64,000 bases of DNA, from the IMG/VR virus record IMGVR_UViG_3300008116_000002. One strand, given 5' to 3'. This DNA is from a virus (Duplodnaviria > Caudoviricetes). Below are positions 29,430-37,986 of this stretch, one piece after another. The first letter of the stretch is position 1. Every line of letters begins with the position of its first letter. The notes under the pieces were generated by a model, which saw nothing but the letters and a program-made list of their open reading frames with translations, did no database searches and had not been told where the DNA came from. The translations under genes were made by a program, and so were the position numbers.

Positions 29430-30310
29430 ATGACGAAATATCTAATGGCATTACTTTTAGCAGCATCATCTGTAGTATCAGCAGCAGAATTTACCGGAGC
29501 AGGTGCAACATTCCCATTCCCAATTTATGCTAAGTGGGCAGAGGCATATAAAGCTCAAACTGGCATTGGTCTAAATTATCAATCAATCGGCTCGGGCGGT
29601 GGCATTCGTCAAATCAAAGCAAAGACAGTTGATTTTGGCGCAAGTGATATGCCATTGAAGAAAGAAGAATTAGACAAAGAGGGTCTTGTTCAGTTTCCAG
29701 CAATCATTGGTGGTGTTGTACCAGTTTATAATCTTGATGGTATCGATGCTGGTAAACTAAAGTTGACACCCGATGTTATCGCAAACATTCATCTAGGTAA
29801 AATTACTAAATGGAATGATAAAGCAATTGTAGAATTAAATCCTGGTGTAAACTTACCTGCAATGAATATCACAGTTGTACATCGTGCTGACGGTTCGGGT
29901 ACAACATTCATCTGGACCAATTTCTTAGGCAAAGCCAACGCAGACTTTCAAAAGACTGTAGGTGAAGGCACAGCAGTTAAATGGCCAACGGGTGTAGGTG
30001 GTAAAGGTAATGAAGGTGTTGCCGCACAGGTTCAGCGTATCAAAGGAGCATTTGGTTATGTCGAATACGCATACGCAAAACGCAACAAGATCCCTTACGC
30101 AGCATTGAAGAATCGTGATGGTAACTTTGTATTGCCTGATGATAGCACATTCCAGTTCTCAAATTCTTTGATTGGAGTTATAAGAACGGTGGTCAAATGG
30201 CAACTGAACTGGAATATGTTCACATGCCACAAGATGTAATTAAATTAGTTCAGGAAAACTGGAAGAAAGACTTCCGTGGTCCAGACAACAACCCAATTTG
30301 GATAAAATAA
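29430..30310 (+). pseudogene. pstS: phosphate-binding protein PstS with internal deletion and frameshift
   Basis: TGAGATFP, YQSIGSGGG, HRADGSGTT; authentic C-terminus VLKFFDWSYKNG...NPIWIK* lies in the -1 frame at 30155-30310. Confidence 0.8.
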
Positions 30311-30404
30311 AATAAATCGGTCACATCAATAGAGTGACTCTGGAACTCGTAACCAGACACTATAAATTTACTTAGTAATATATAATGATTATAGGAGACA
30401 ATTG

Positions 30405-30665
30405 ATGCCGCTGTACGATTTTAAATGTTCCGATTGCGACACCGTGTTCGCTGTCATGTGCAAAATATCCGAAAGGGAATCGCAGGCTTGTCCTTCATGC
30501 GATTCAAAAAACTACCAAGCACATCACGTCGGCATGGCTGCACTAGGAGACCCAGTTCGCCTTGGGATTAGAACCGTCGACAATGGTTTTAGGGAGGTGC
30601 TTCATAAGATAGGTTCTAATAATGGCAGAAAGTCTAATCTAAGAGATAAACTGAGCAGAAATTAA
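30405..30665 (+). CDS. FmdB-family zinc-ribbon protein
   Basis: MPLYDFKCSDC...CPSC. Confidence 0.85.
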   Translation: MPLYDFKCSDCDTVFAVMCKISERESQACPSCDSKNYQAHHVGMAALGDPVRLGIRTVDNGFREVLHKIGSNNGRKSNLRDKLSRN

Positions 30666-30692
30666 AATATGAGAAATACTGTAATATCCATA

Positions 30693-30722
30693 GAGGAGGT
30701 CTATATCCAATAGTCCTCCTTT
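30693..30722 (+). terminator. possible terminator hairpin
   Basis: GGAGGTCTAT...ATAGTCCTCC followed by TTT. Confidence 0.5.
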
Positions 30723-30745
30723 CGTTCCATTTTACGAGGGCATTC

Positions 30746-31495
30746 ATGGCAAAAACAAAAACTAATCTAGCACAATCTGTTCAAAAGCCTCAGCTTACTA
30801 TTGCCAACACTAAGCTAAAAATAAGAATAGATGACCTGAAAACTATACAGCCATTAACGGAGAATCAGAAGTTATTTTTTGATGCGTATGATAATTCTAG
30901 AATTATGCTATTGCATGGTATTGCAGGAACAGGTAAAACATACATTGCTCTATACCATGCGCTAGAAGAAGTTCTAGATAAAGGTAGTAATTACGAAAAA
31001 ATAGTAATAGTTAGATCTGCAGTGCCCAGCAGAGACATTGGACATTTACCAGGAGACGAAAAGGAAAAAACTGAAGTTTATACAGAACCCTACATAGAAA
31101 TCTGTTCTGATCTTTTCAATAGACATGATGCGTATCAAAGGCTGACGGAGCAAAAAGTAATTCAATTTTTAATTACCTCTTTTGTTCGAGGAATAACGCT
31201 AGATAATTCCATAATCATTGTCGACGAGTGTCAGAATATGACGGACATGGAACTCAACTCAATAATCACCAGAGTTGGGGAAAGATCAAAAATTATTTTT
31301 TGCGGAGATTTTAGACAAACGGATTTGTATAAGAGAACTGATACATCTGGACTTAAAAAGTTCATGAGAATTGCGGATATGATGCCCAGCTTCAGAACAT
31401 TTGAGTTTGGAGTAGAGGATATCGTTAGATCAGAAATAGTAAAGGAATATATATTAGCAAGGCTACAGTACGAAAATACGTATGAACTAGCATAA
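30746..31495 (+). CDS. phoH: PhoH-like ATPase
   Basis: GIAGTGKT, RSAVPSRDIGHLPG, DECQN, TRVG, GDFRQTDL. Confidence 0.93.
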   Translation: MAKTKTNLAQSVQKPQLTIANTKLKIRIDDLKTIQPLTENQKLFFDAYDNSRIMLLHGIAGTGKTYIALYHALEEVLDKGSNYEKIVIVRSAVPSRDIGHLPGDEKEKTEVYTEPYIEICSDLFNRHDAYQRLTEQKVIQFLITSFVRGITLDNSIIIVDECQNMTDMELNSIITRVGERSKIIFCGDFRQTDLYKRTDTSGLKKFMRIADMMPSFRTFEFGVEDIVRSEIVKEYILARLQYENTYELA

Positions 31496-31524
31496 AATTG
31501 GGGCTTAGTGCCCCAATTTATTTT
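31495..31524 (+). terminator. Rho-independent terminator
   Basis: AAATTGGGGC-TTAGT-GCCCCAATTT plus ATTTT. Confidence 0.8.
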
Positions 31525-31529
31525 AACCC

Positions 31530-31537
31530 TATAAATA
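31530..31537 (+). promoter_or_regulatory. T4 late promoter
   Basis: TATAAATA immediately after the terminator. Confidence 0.8.
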
Positions 31538-31554
31538 ATTTTATGAGGTACACT

Positions 31555-31905
31555 ATGACAATGCCCTTAGATGTGAAAATGTTTTTGAATGCATGTGACC
31601 AAAACCCCTCAGATGAGAATATAAATCTTTATTATAAACTAATACAAGAAGAGTACGATGAATTTATTGATGCAGTAGAAACGAGTAACGAAGTAGAACA
31701 GTTAGATGCCTGTATGGATATGATCTGGGTTATTCTTGGATATTGTTATATGAAGAAGTATGACATTAAAGGGGCATGGGAAGAAGTTGCTAACAGTAAT
31801 TTATCTAAAATAGATTCTAAAACAGGCAAAGTCTTACGTAGAGAAGATGGAAAAATTTTAAAACCCAACGGATGGAAACCTCCCAATTTAAAAAAGTACA
31901 CATAA
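31555..31905 (+). CDS. MazG/PRA-PH-like NTP pyrophosphohydrolase
   Basis: LIQEEYDE...LDACMD...SNLSK...DGKILKP. Confidence 0.85.
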   Translation: MTMPLDVKMFLNACDQNPSDENINLYYKLIQEEYDEFIDAVETSNEVEQLDACMDMIWVILGYCYMKKYDIKGAWEEVANSNLSKIDSKTGKVLRREDGKILKPNGWKPPNLKKYT

Positions 31906-31908
31906 AAA

Positions 31909-32088
31909 ATGCCAACTCCCGCAGGATCCCCTGCCAGTCCACTTAGAATTGATCTAGCTAGACACGTCGGTGTCGAAGTAGGTCGTTCTGCAACTGCCCA
32001 AATTTCTTTAGGCGAAACCGCATCTAGAAATTTAGCGGGGAAACCATCGGGTACTATTAAATTATCAGACCTATGGAACAAATCTAGC
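31909..32088 (+). repeat. 180-bp direct repeat, copy 1 (copy 2 at 34360-34539)
   Basis: Near-identical 60-aa N-termini. Confidence 0.9.
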
Positions 32089-33039
32089 ATCATTACAATT
32101 GCAATAGGGTTCCTTACAAATACAGATTCTACTTTTCAAAATCGGGGCAATAATTTAGATGGTCTAAACTTTTCTACAGAAACTACTATAGATCCCGCTG
32201 CACAACTAGGTGCCAGACGAGGACATAGCGGAGCGAACTCCAGAACTAAAGGTTATGCAGCCGGCGGATATTCTGGGTGGGAAGGATGGGGAGCGTTCGG
32301 TTCGCAGACTGTAACCTCGGCAGTAGATGGTTTAGTTTTTGCAACTCAAACAGCATTTACTACATCTGCTACTGCAGGTGCAAGAGGGGAATACGGAGCT
32401 ACAAATTCTGAAACACGAGGATTTTGGGCGGGAGGAGCTAATTATAGTCGAGTAGTCACAAGCCTTGTTGATGGCATTAACTTTAGTACGGAGACTACAT
32501 TATCTACGTCCGCTTCAATTAGAGCCAGATATACTGTGCAAGGAGTTTCATCTGCATCTAGAGGATATTACGCCGGTGGAAATAATTTTGGTGCGGGATA
32601 CGGAATAGATTTTAATGAAATAGATGGTGTTATTTTTAGCAGTCTTACCTCAGTCGATCCATCTGCCGCATTAGCTACTACAAGGGGGCACACCGCCGGA
32701 ATAAATTCTAATACAAAAGGATATTGGTGCGGTGGAGGTATTAATGACAGATCTCAGGCCCAGTCTTATTCAGAAATAGATGGTATAGACTTTGCTTCGG
32801 AAACTTCGATCAATCCTGCGGTAGGACTATCGGTATCTAGAAGAGCCGCGGCAGGATTAAATTCTAGCACAAGGGGGTATGTATGCGGAGGATTTAATCA
32901 GGCTCCTTGGCTTGCTGCACCCTTACGAGAAATTGATGGTATACTTTTCTCTTCAGAAACTCAGATAAATCCATCTGCCGCGTTAGTTATTGGAAAAGAT
33001 CGTATGGCTTCTTTTCAAGATTATGGTAATAACCCCTAA
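31909..33039 (+). CDS. putative adhesin/virion protein with repeated beta-propeller-like C-terminus
   Basis: 60-aa N-terminus shared with 34360; about 6 repeats of DG(L/I)xFxxET...NSxTRG(Y/F)xxGG. Confidence 0.65.
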   Translation: MPTPAGSPASPLRIDLARHVGVEVGRSATAQISLGETASRNLAGKPSGTIKLSDLWNKSSIITIAIGFLTNTDSTFQNRGNNLDGLNFSTETTIDPAAQLGARRGHSGANSRTKGYAAGGYSGWEGWGAFGSQTVTSAVDGLVFATQTAFTTSATAGARGEYGATNSETRGFWAGGANYSRVVTSLVDGINFSTETTLSTSASIRARYTVQGVSSASRGYYAGGNNFGAGYGIDFNEIDGVIFSSLTSVDPSAALATTRGHTAGINSNTKGYWCGGGINDRSQAQSYSEIDGIDFASETSINPAVGLSVSRRAAAGLNSSTRGYVCGGFNQAPWLAAPLREIDGILFSSETQINPSAALVIGKDRMASFQDYGNNP

Positions 33040-33047
33040 GGAGATTT

Positions 33048-33719
33048 ATGAAAACAAAAACTGAATTAACAGTACAAACAGATAATATTGATAATGTACT
33101 TAAAGAAATACAAGATGCTTTTTATGACATTCCGTTTGAAAACTCAGAATTTCAAACTGAAAATTTTGTTTTAGCTGCTCAAATTACACCTGAAAGAGCG
33201 TATAGAGCGTTGGGTCTTCGTATGTACAAAAAATTATTGGCTGTTCAGGAATCCATAATTGGAATAGAAAGAGCGAAAATTGAAGAAGAAGAAATACTTG
33301 AAACACTAAAGGATCCTACGGTTAGTAATTTTCAAAAAAGAAAACTTAGACTTGACTTAAAGTTAAGAGAAATAAATCAACCCTTTTTAGAAAAATTATT
33401 AAATGACGCCATTGTGGAATTAAATATCTTATATAGACATTTTAAAGCTTTACCGAGATATACTAGACAAGAATTTGAAACCGGCGAAAAAAGACATTTT
33501 CTTGAGACAAGTAAACGAGCATTGATGGGAATTTCGAGCCATTCTGAATCTCTGTTTAATATTGAACATGATATAAATGCTTTACTTAATTTCGAAAAAG
33601 AATTTTCTGCATTGCCCTCATCTAAAAGACATTTACTTCAAGAATTAACAGAAAAAACTATGACGAACTATCTGCAGGATTTAAATACGCCAAAAGATAT
33701 TTTGCGAATTAAAAATTAA
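33048..33719 (+). CDS. hypothetical coiled-coil protein
   Basis: AAGGAG RBS. Confidence 0.75.
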   Translation: MKTKTELTVQTDNIDNVLKEIQDAFYDIPFENSEFQTENFVLAAQITPERAYRALGLRMYKKLLAVQESIIGIERAKIEEEEILETLKDPTVSNFQKRKLRLDLKLREINQPFLEKLLNDAIVELNILYRHFKALPRYTRQEFETGEKRHFLETSKRALMGISSHSESLFNIEHDINALLNFEKEFSALPSSKRHLLQELTEKTMTNYLQDLNTPKDILRIKN

Positions 33720-33727
33720 AGGTAAAA

Positions 33728-34054
33728 ATGACAACCCCAGCAAGTCCAACTCAACTGGCAGAAGTAGAAGCAGAAAATAAATCTGATACGATATTAGAGG
33801 AGAAAATATCAGACGAACTATTTGAGGAATTTGCCAACAAAGGATGGTTGGCTTTTAAACCTGAACCAACAGTTCTTCCAAAACCTCCTCCACCAAAAAA
33901 TGATGAGTTATATATCTGGGACGAAACTATTGAAAATTGGGTCGCAATTAAATCTAAAAATGACTCAGACGCGACAAATATTGAAGATGCTGTTAAGGAA
34001 GAATTAATAGTTCAACCTGAAGAAGAATTTTTATATTTTAAAATAGAAGACTAA
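33728..34054 (+). CDS. tail-fibre-assembly-like small protein
   Basis: PxPxP...YIWDETIENW motif. Confidence 0.5.
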   Translation: MTTPASPTQLAEVEAENKSDTILEEKISDELFEEFANKGWLAFKPEPTVLPKPPPPKNDELYIWDETIENWVAIKSKNDSDATNIEDAVKEELIVQPEEEFLYFKIED

Positions 34055-34079
34055 CTATTTTTAAACTAAAAGGCGTATT

Positions 34080-34331
34080 ATGAAAACATATAAAGTTTTT
34101 GATCCATATAATGGATTATACTCCGATGCTAGCACATTAGAAGACCTTAAAAAAATACTAGCAGAAAAAGCGTGGGAAGCTTTTTTAAAAATTACTAACA
34201 ATAATCCTTATACAATAGTAGAAGTTGATGAGCAAGGAAACGAAACTTGGAAAACTATGAAAGGGGAACCTATGATATCCCCCGAAGAAATAAAGAACAT
34301 GATAGAAAAATCATTACATTCCCGTAGATAA
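34080..34331 (+). CDS. hypothetical protein
   Basis: Operon ORF. Confidence 0.65.
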   Translation: MKTYKVFDPYNGLYSDASTLEDLKKILAEKAWEAFLKITNNNPYTIVEVDEQGNETWKTMKGEPMISPEEIKNMIEKSLHSRR

Positions 34332-34359
34332 TTTTTAGACTAAACTAGAGAGAATTTAT

Positions 34360-35514
34360 ATGGCAACTCCTGCAGGGACTCCCAGTAGCCCACTTAGAAT
34401 CGACCTTGCAAGACACGTTGGTGTTGAGATAGGAAGGTCTGCTACTACACAAGTTTCTTTGGGCGAAACCGCAACTAGAAATTTAGCAGGCAAACCATCC
34501 GGTACCATTAAATTATCAGACCTATGGAGTAAATCTTCAGAAATACTTGTAACTATAAGTGCAGATATAGTCAATCATACAATTAATATTTCTTCTATAC
34601 CCGGATATGTGGCGGGTAAAACTAATATAAGAATAAAAGTAAATCCTGGAGTATACGTGTACTCTACTTCTACCTCTATTCCCGCATTGACCATAACTGG
34701 AGCAACTACGGGAGATAATATTATTTTAGAAAATAATGGTTACATAATGGGTAAGGGCGGCGGTGGAGGAGATGCTAGAGGAGGTAGACCGCTAGGATAT
34801 ACTGTTCCCGGTACTCCAGGTGGACCTGCCATAAGTTTAACATATCCGGCAGCTACTATGTCAATCGCTACTACAAATGGTTACATTGCAGGCGGAGGCG
34901 GGGGTGGAGGATGTGGTGTGGGGGAATACGCGTATGGCGGAGGTGGTGCAGGTGGAGGTGAAGGGGGAGGGCGGAGAGCCCTTGCTAGTACCGCCACATA
35001 CCCCCCTTACACAGGAGGAGATGTGGCGGGCGGATTGCCAGGTAGAGTAGGAAGTAATGGTCCCGTTTTTTATGTCTCCTGGGATGCAAGTTGGGCAGCA
35101 TCGGGTGGAGGTGGCGGTAGAATTTTACCAGGTAATCGAACTCCGGGAAATCCAATTACATGGCTAGGGCGCACACCTGGAGATCCAGATTGGACTCCTA
35201 CGTATACAGGATTAGGTGGTACAGGAGGTCAAGCCGGAGGATCTGGAGGAACCCAAGCTTGGGTTGGATCTCCTACTACTGGAGGTTACGGTGGTGCTTC
35301 AGGTGAGGTAGGACAAAGCGGTCTGCCGGGCGGAGTAGGAGGTGCCGGCGGTGGGGGAGGTGGTTGGGGTGCGAGCGGAGGTGCGGGTGCGGGACAAATT
35401 GGATTTTATCTCGCAACTCCTGGTGGAAGCGGAGGTCAAGCAATTACTCTAAATGGTAAAGCGGTAACCTTTATAGGTCCCACAACCGGTAGAATATTTG
35501 GAGCGATATCCTAA
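34360..35514 (+). CDS. glycine-rich adhesin, T2/S16 gp38-like
   Basis: NNGYIMGKGGGGG, multiple polyglycine tracts, C-terminal GGQAI...GRIFGAIS. Confidence 0.7.
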   Translation: MATPAGTPSSPLRIDLARHVGVEIGRSATTQVSLGETATRNLAGKPSGTIKLSDLWSKSSEILVTISADIVNHTINISSIPGYVAGKTNIRIKVNPGVYVYSTSTSIPALTITGATTGDNIILENNGYIMGKGGGGGDARGGRPLGYTVPGTPGGPAISLTYPAATMSIATTNGYIAGGGGGGGCGVGEYAYGGGGAGGGEGGGRRALASTATYPPYTGGDVAGGLPGRVGSNGPVFYVSWDASWAASGGGGGRILPGNRTPGNPITWLGRTPGDPDWTPTYTGLGGTGGQAGGSGGTQAWVGSPTTGGYGGASGEVGQSGLPGGVGGAGGGGGGWGASGGAGAGQIGFYLATPGGSGGQAITLNGKAVTFIGPTTGRIFGAIS

Positions 35515-35519
35515 TTCTA

Positions 35520-35548
35520 TTGACTTTTATTTGAAACTATATTATACT
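35520..35548 (+). promoter_or_regulatory. sigma70-type promoter
   Basis: TTGACT-17-TATACT. Confidence 0.75.
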
Positions 35549-35553
35549 ATGAT

Positions 35554-36210
35554 ATGTTTACACATATAGATCAATCAAATTTACCAAAATTAAAACGAGT
35601 CACTAATGACGATGGTTCTCGTTTATACGAAACGCCCACCGGCGAAAAATATCCTTCGGTTACTACAATAACAGGACTCCTAAAAAGAGATATAATTTTA
35701 GAATGGCGCAAAAGAGTAGGTGATCAAGAAGCCAACAAAATTAGTTCAACCGCGGCAAGACGAGGAACTAGAATTCACACCCTATGTGAAAAATATCTAA
35801 GTAACGAAGAAATCAATCCCACTATTTTTGATTCTCAAAATTGGAATGAACTTAAAGAATATCTAGATAAGATAAACAATATTCATGTTTTAGAAAAGCC
35901 TTTATTTTCTCATCATCTTCAGATTGCAGGTACCGTTGACTGCATCGCAGAATATAACGGTAAGCTTGCAGTTATAGATTTTAAAACATCTAAACGAAAT
36001 AAAACTAAAGAAGATATCCATGATTACTTTATGCAATGCTCTGCATATTCTGTAGCATACGAGGAAATGACAGGAATACCTGTACCGAATATTCTAATAC
36101 TAATTTCAACAGATGAATATGGTGTTCTTCCTTTTGCGGAGAAAAGAGATGCATGGATTTCAGAATTTATTAAACTTAGAGAAAAATATAGACAAATACA
36201 TAAAATTTAG
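35554..36210 (+). CDS. PD-(D/E)xK exonuclease
   Basis: YPSVTTI, RGTRIH, AGTVDC, IDFKTS, YFMQCSAY. Confidence 0.88.
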   Translation: MFTHIDQSNLPKLKRVTNDDGSRLYETPTGEKYPSVTTITGLLKRDIILEWRKRVGDQEANKISSTAARRGTRIHTLCEKYLSNEEINPTIFDSQNWNELKEYLDKINNIHVLEKPLFSHHLQIAGTVDCIAEYNGKLAVIDFKTSKRNKTKEDIHDYFMQCSAYSVAYEEMTGIPVPNILILISTDEYGVLPFAEKRDAWISEFIKLREKYRQIHKI

Positions 36211-36221
36211 ATTTCGTAATT

Positions 36222-36512
36222 ATGTTCACTGATGCTTATATTTTTCTTAAAAATGACTATAAATCTTTTCCTCTTAGATTTATAGTTGAGACAACATGTT
36301 GGATAGCTGTAGTTATTAATACTATACTAATTACAATCTACGTACCGAATGTGCCCTGGTTGATTTGCTATCCAATTTGGATTGTTGCTTGTATATTTGG
36401 TATGTGGACTTCCTATACTAGAGGATATTCTGTAGGCATTATGAGCTGTGCTGTTTATGCAATAATTGACGCAATAGGACTATATAGATATTTAGCAGTA
36501 ACTAGTATTTGA
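36222..36512 (+). CDS. small multi-pass membrane protein
   Basis: Three hydrophobic segments. Confidence 0.7.
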   Translation: MFTDAYIFLKNDYKSFPLRFIVETTCWIAVVINTILITIYVPNVPWLICYPIWIVACIFGMWTSYTRGYSVGIMSCAVYAIIDAIGLYRYLAVTSI

Positions 36513-36830
36513 ATTGTTGTAACTCCTTCAAAGTGAAGGCATTCTGGACGGCGGTTCAATTCCGCCCACCTCCACCATAAGCATTCTAAACTGGCCGCAG
36601 GATCGGAGAAGGTTGAAAGCGGATTAGCTACCGCAAAGTAAACTGGAGATCAAGAATGCTTTTGATGGGGGTGACCTGGTTTCGACAGGGTGAGATAGCA
36701 GAGACGGCAACACGTCAGGCGATCGACGTTAATGAAGCAAATATAGTAATCGCAAACGACGAGTACTACGCATTAGCAGCCTAAACGCTGCTTAGGGTTC
36801 GGTGGGTTCCTCGTAACAGAATACCCACCA
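36510..36830 (+). ncRNA. ssrA: circularly permuted (two-piece) tmRNA
   Basis: Acceptor piece first (T-arm GGCGG-TTCAATT-CCGCC, CACCTCC-A-CCA ending 36577). The 5' piece GGGGGTG starts 36667, pairs with a G3-U wobble, and carries tag ANDEYYALAA* at 36752-36784. The 5' boundary is approximate. Confidence 0.92.
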
Positions 36831-36848
36831 TTTTAAAAAGGATAATAT

Positions 36849-37451
36849 ATGTCTTTTAAAACTGAATTATATGAAGTAGTAAAAAATGCTGTGCCAGAAG
36901 AACTTCTTAAGTTTGTCAATATGGAATTAGAATTATTGAAGAAGGTTAATTATCTATCCAACGGGGTAGATGAATCCAATACTACTTTCTTTCAGGACGA
37001 TCAATGTAAAAATTCTTTTCCGTGGTATAGTGCTTTTTGTACAGAAACACTTGGTCTATACCTACAGCCAAAAATAGAAGAAGTCACAGGTAAAACTCTT
37101 TATCCAACTTATACCTATATGAGGCTTTACTACACTGGTTCAGATATGGCAAGGCATACTGATAGACCAAGTTGTGAGTATTCTGCAACCATTTGTATAT
37201 CTAATGACCCTGAACCTTGGGAAATTTATTTTGAGAACTTAAAGGGCAAGGAGAAGGCAATTTATTTACAGCCTGGTGATATGATCGTTTATAAAGGTGA
37301 TATATTACCTCATTGGAGAAACGAATATAAGGGCAACAGACAAGCGCAGGTATTCACACACTTTGTAGATGCTAACGGTAAATATAGAGATTATATTTAC
37401 GATCGCAGACCATACTTAGGTTTTCCTTCAAACCCTAGAAACACTAGATAA
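36849..37451 (+). CDS. 2OG-Fe(II) oxygenase
   Basis: RHTDRPSCEYS (HxD), PHWR distal His, QVFTH. Confidence 0.85.
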   Translation: MSFKTELYEVVKNAVPEELLKFVNMELELLKKVNYLSNGVDESNTTFFQDDQCKNSFPWYSAFCTETLGLYLQPKIEEVTGKTLYPTYTYMRLYYTGSDMARHTDRPSCEYSATICISNDPEPWEIYFENLKGKEKAIYLQPGDMIVYKGDILPHWRNEYKGNRQAQVFTHFVDANGKYRDYIYDRRPYLGFPSNPRNTR

Positions 37452-37452
37452 T

Positions 37453-37986
37453 ATGAGCACACTAAAAGAACTGACTTGGGAAAAACATAAAGAAGCGGAA
37501 GACCAACCCTTTATAAAATCTATTTTTAAAGGCCAAGTTGATAAGGATCAGTATACAGATTATCTCTATCAGCTTAGGATTTTATATACGAAATTAGAAA
37601 TTCTTGGCGATGGTTTAGGTATCTTCGATGGGATGGAAGATCTAAAAAGAGCTAAAGCTATTACTTTAGATTATGCAGAACTTGCGAACGGACATACTCA
37701 GTTCCATGTTATTCGCAATTCTACTTTAGATTATTTAGATTATCTTAATACTATTCAAGATAACAAAGACAAAGTAATGGCACACATCTATGTTCGTCAT
37801 ACCGGAGATCTATTCGGAGGACAAGCCTTAGCTAAACTTTTACCTGGGCCCAATAATATGTTTAAGTTTGAAGACATACCTAATCTGGTACAAAAGATTC
37901 GTTCTAAAATTGATGTATCGATGGCACCTGAAGCTAACAGAGCTTTTGATTTTAATATTAGCATGATCAAAGAATATAATGTCTGA
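37453..37986 (+). CDS. heme oxygenase (HemO/Ho1-like)
   Basis: LKELTWEKHKEAE (proximal His), HIYVRHTGDLFGGQ. Confidence 0.88.
   Translation: MSTLKELTWEKHKEAEDQPFIKSIFKGQVDKDQYTDYLYQLRILYTKLEILGDGLGIFDGMEDLKRAKAITLDYAELANGHTQFHVIRNSTLDYLDYLNTIQDNKDKVMAHIYVRHTGDLFGGQALAKLLPGPNNMFKFEDIPNLVQKIRSKIDVSMAPEANRAFDFNISMIKEYNV

Noticed and set aside
31909-35514. Diversity-generating retroelement acting on the adhesin repeats
   Set aside because: The repeats are N-terminal, differences are not adenine-specific, and there is no reverse transcriptase in the window.
36541-36577. tRNA-like T-arm and CCA, a possible tRNA-Ala
   Set aside because: No upstream D-arm or anticodon arm; its pairing partner is downstream at 36667, so it is the tmRNA acceptor piece.
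36801-36830. Second ...ACCA end, suggesting another tRNA-like 3' end
   Set aside because: It is the 3' arm of a GGTGGGT/ACCCACC hairpin ending the tmRNA coding piece, with no T-arm.
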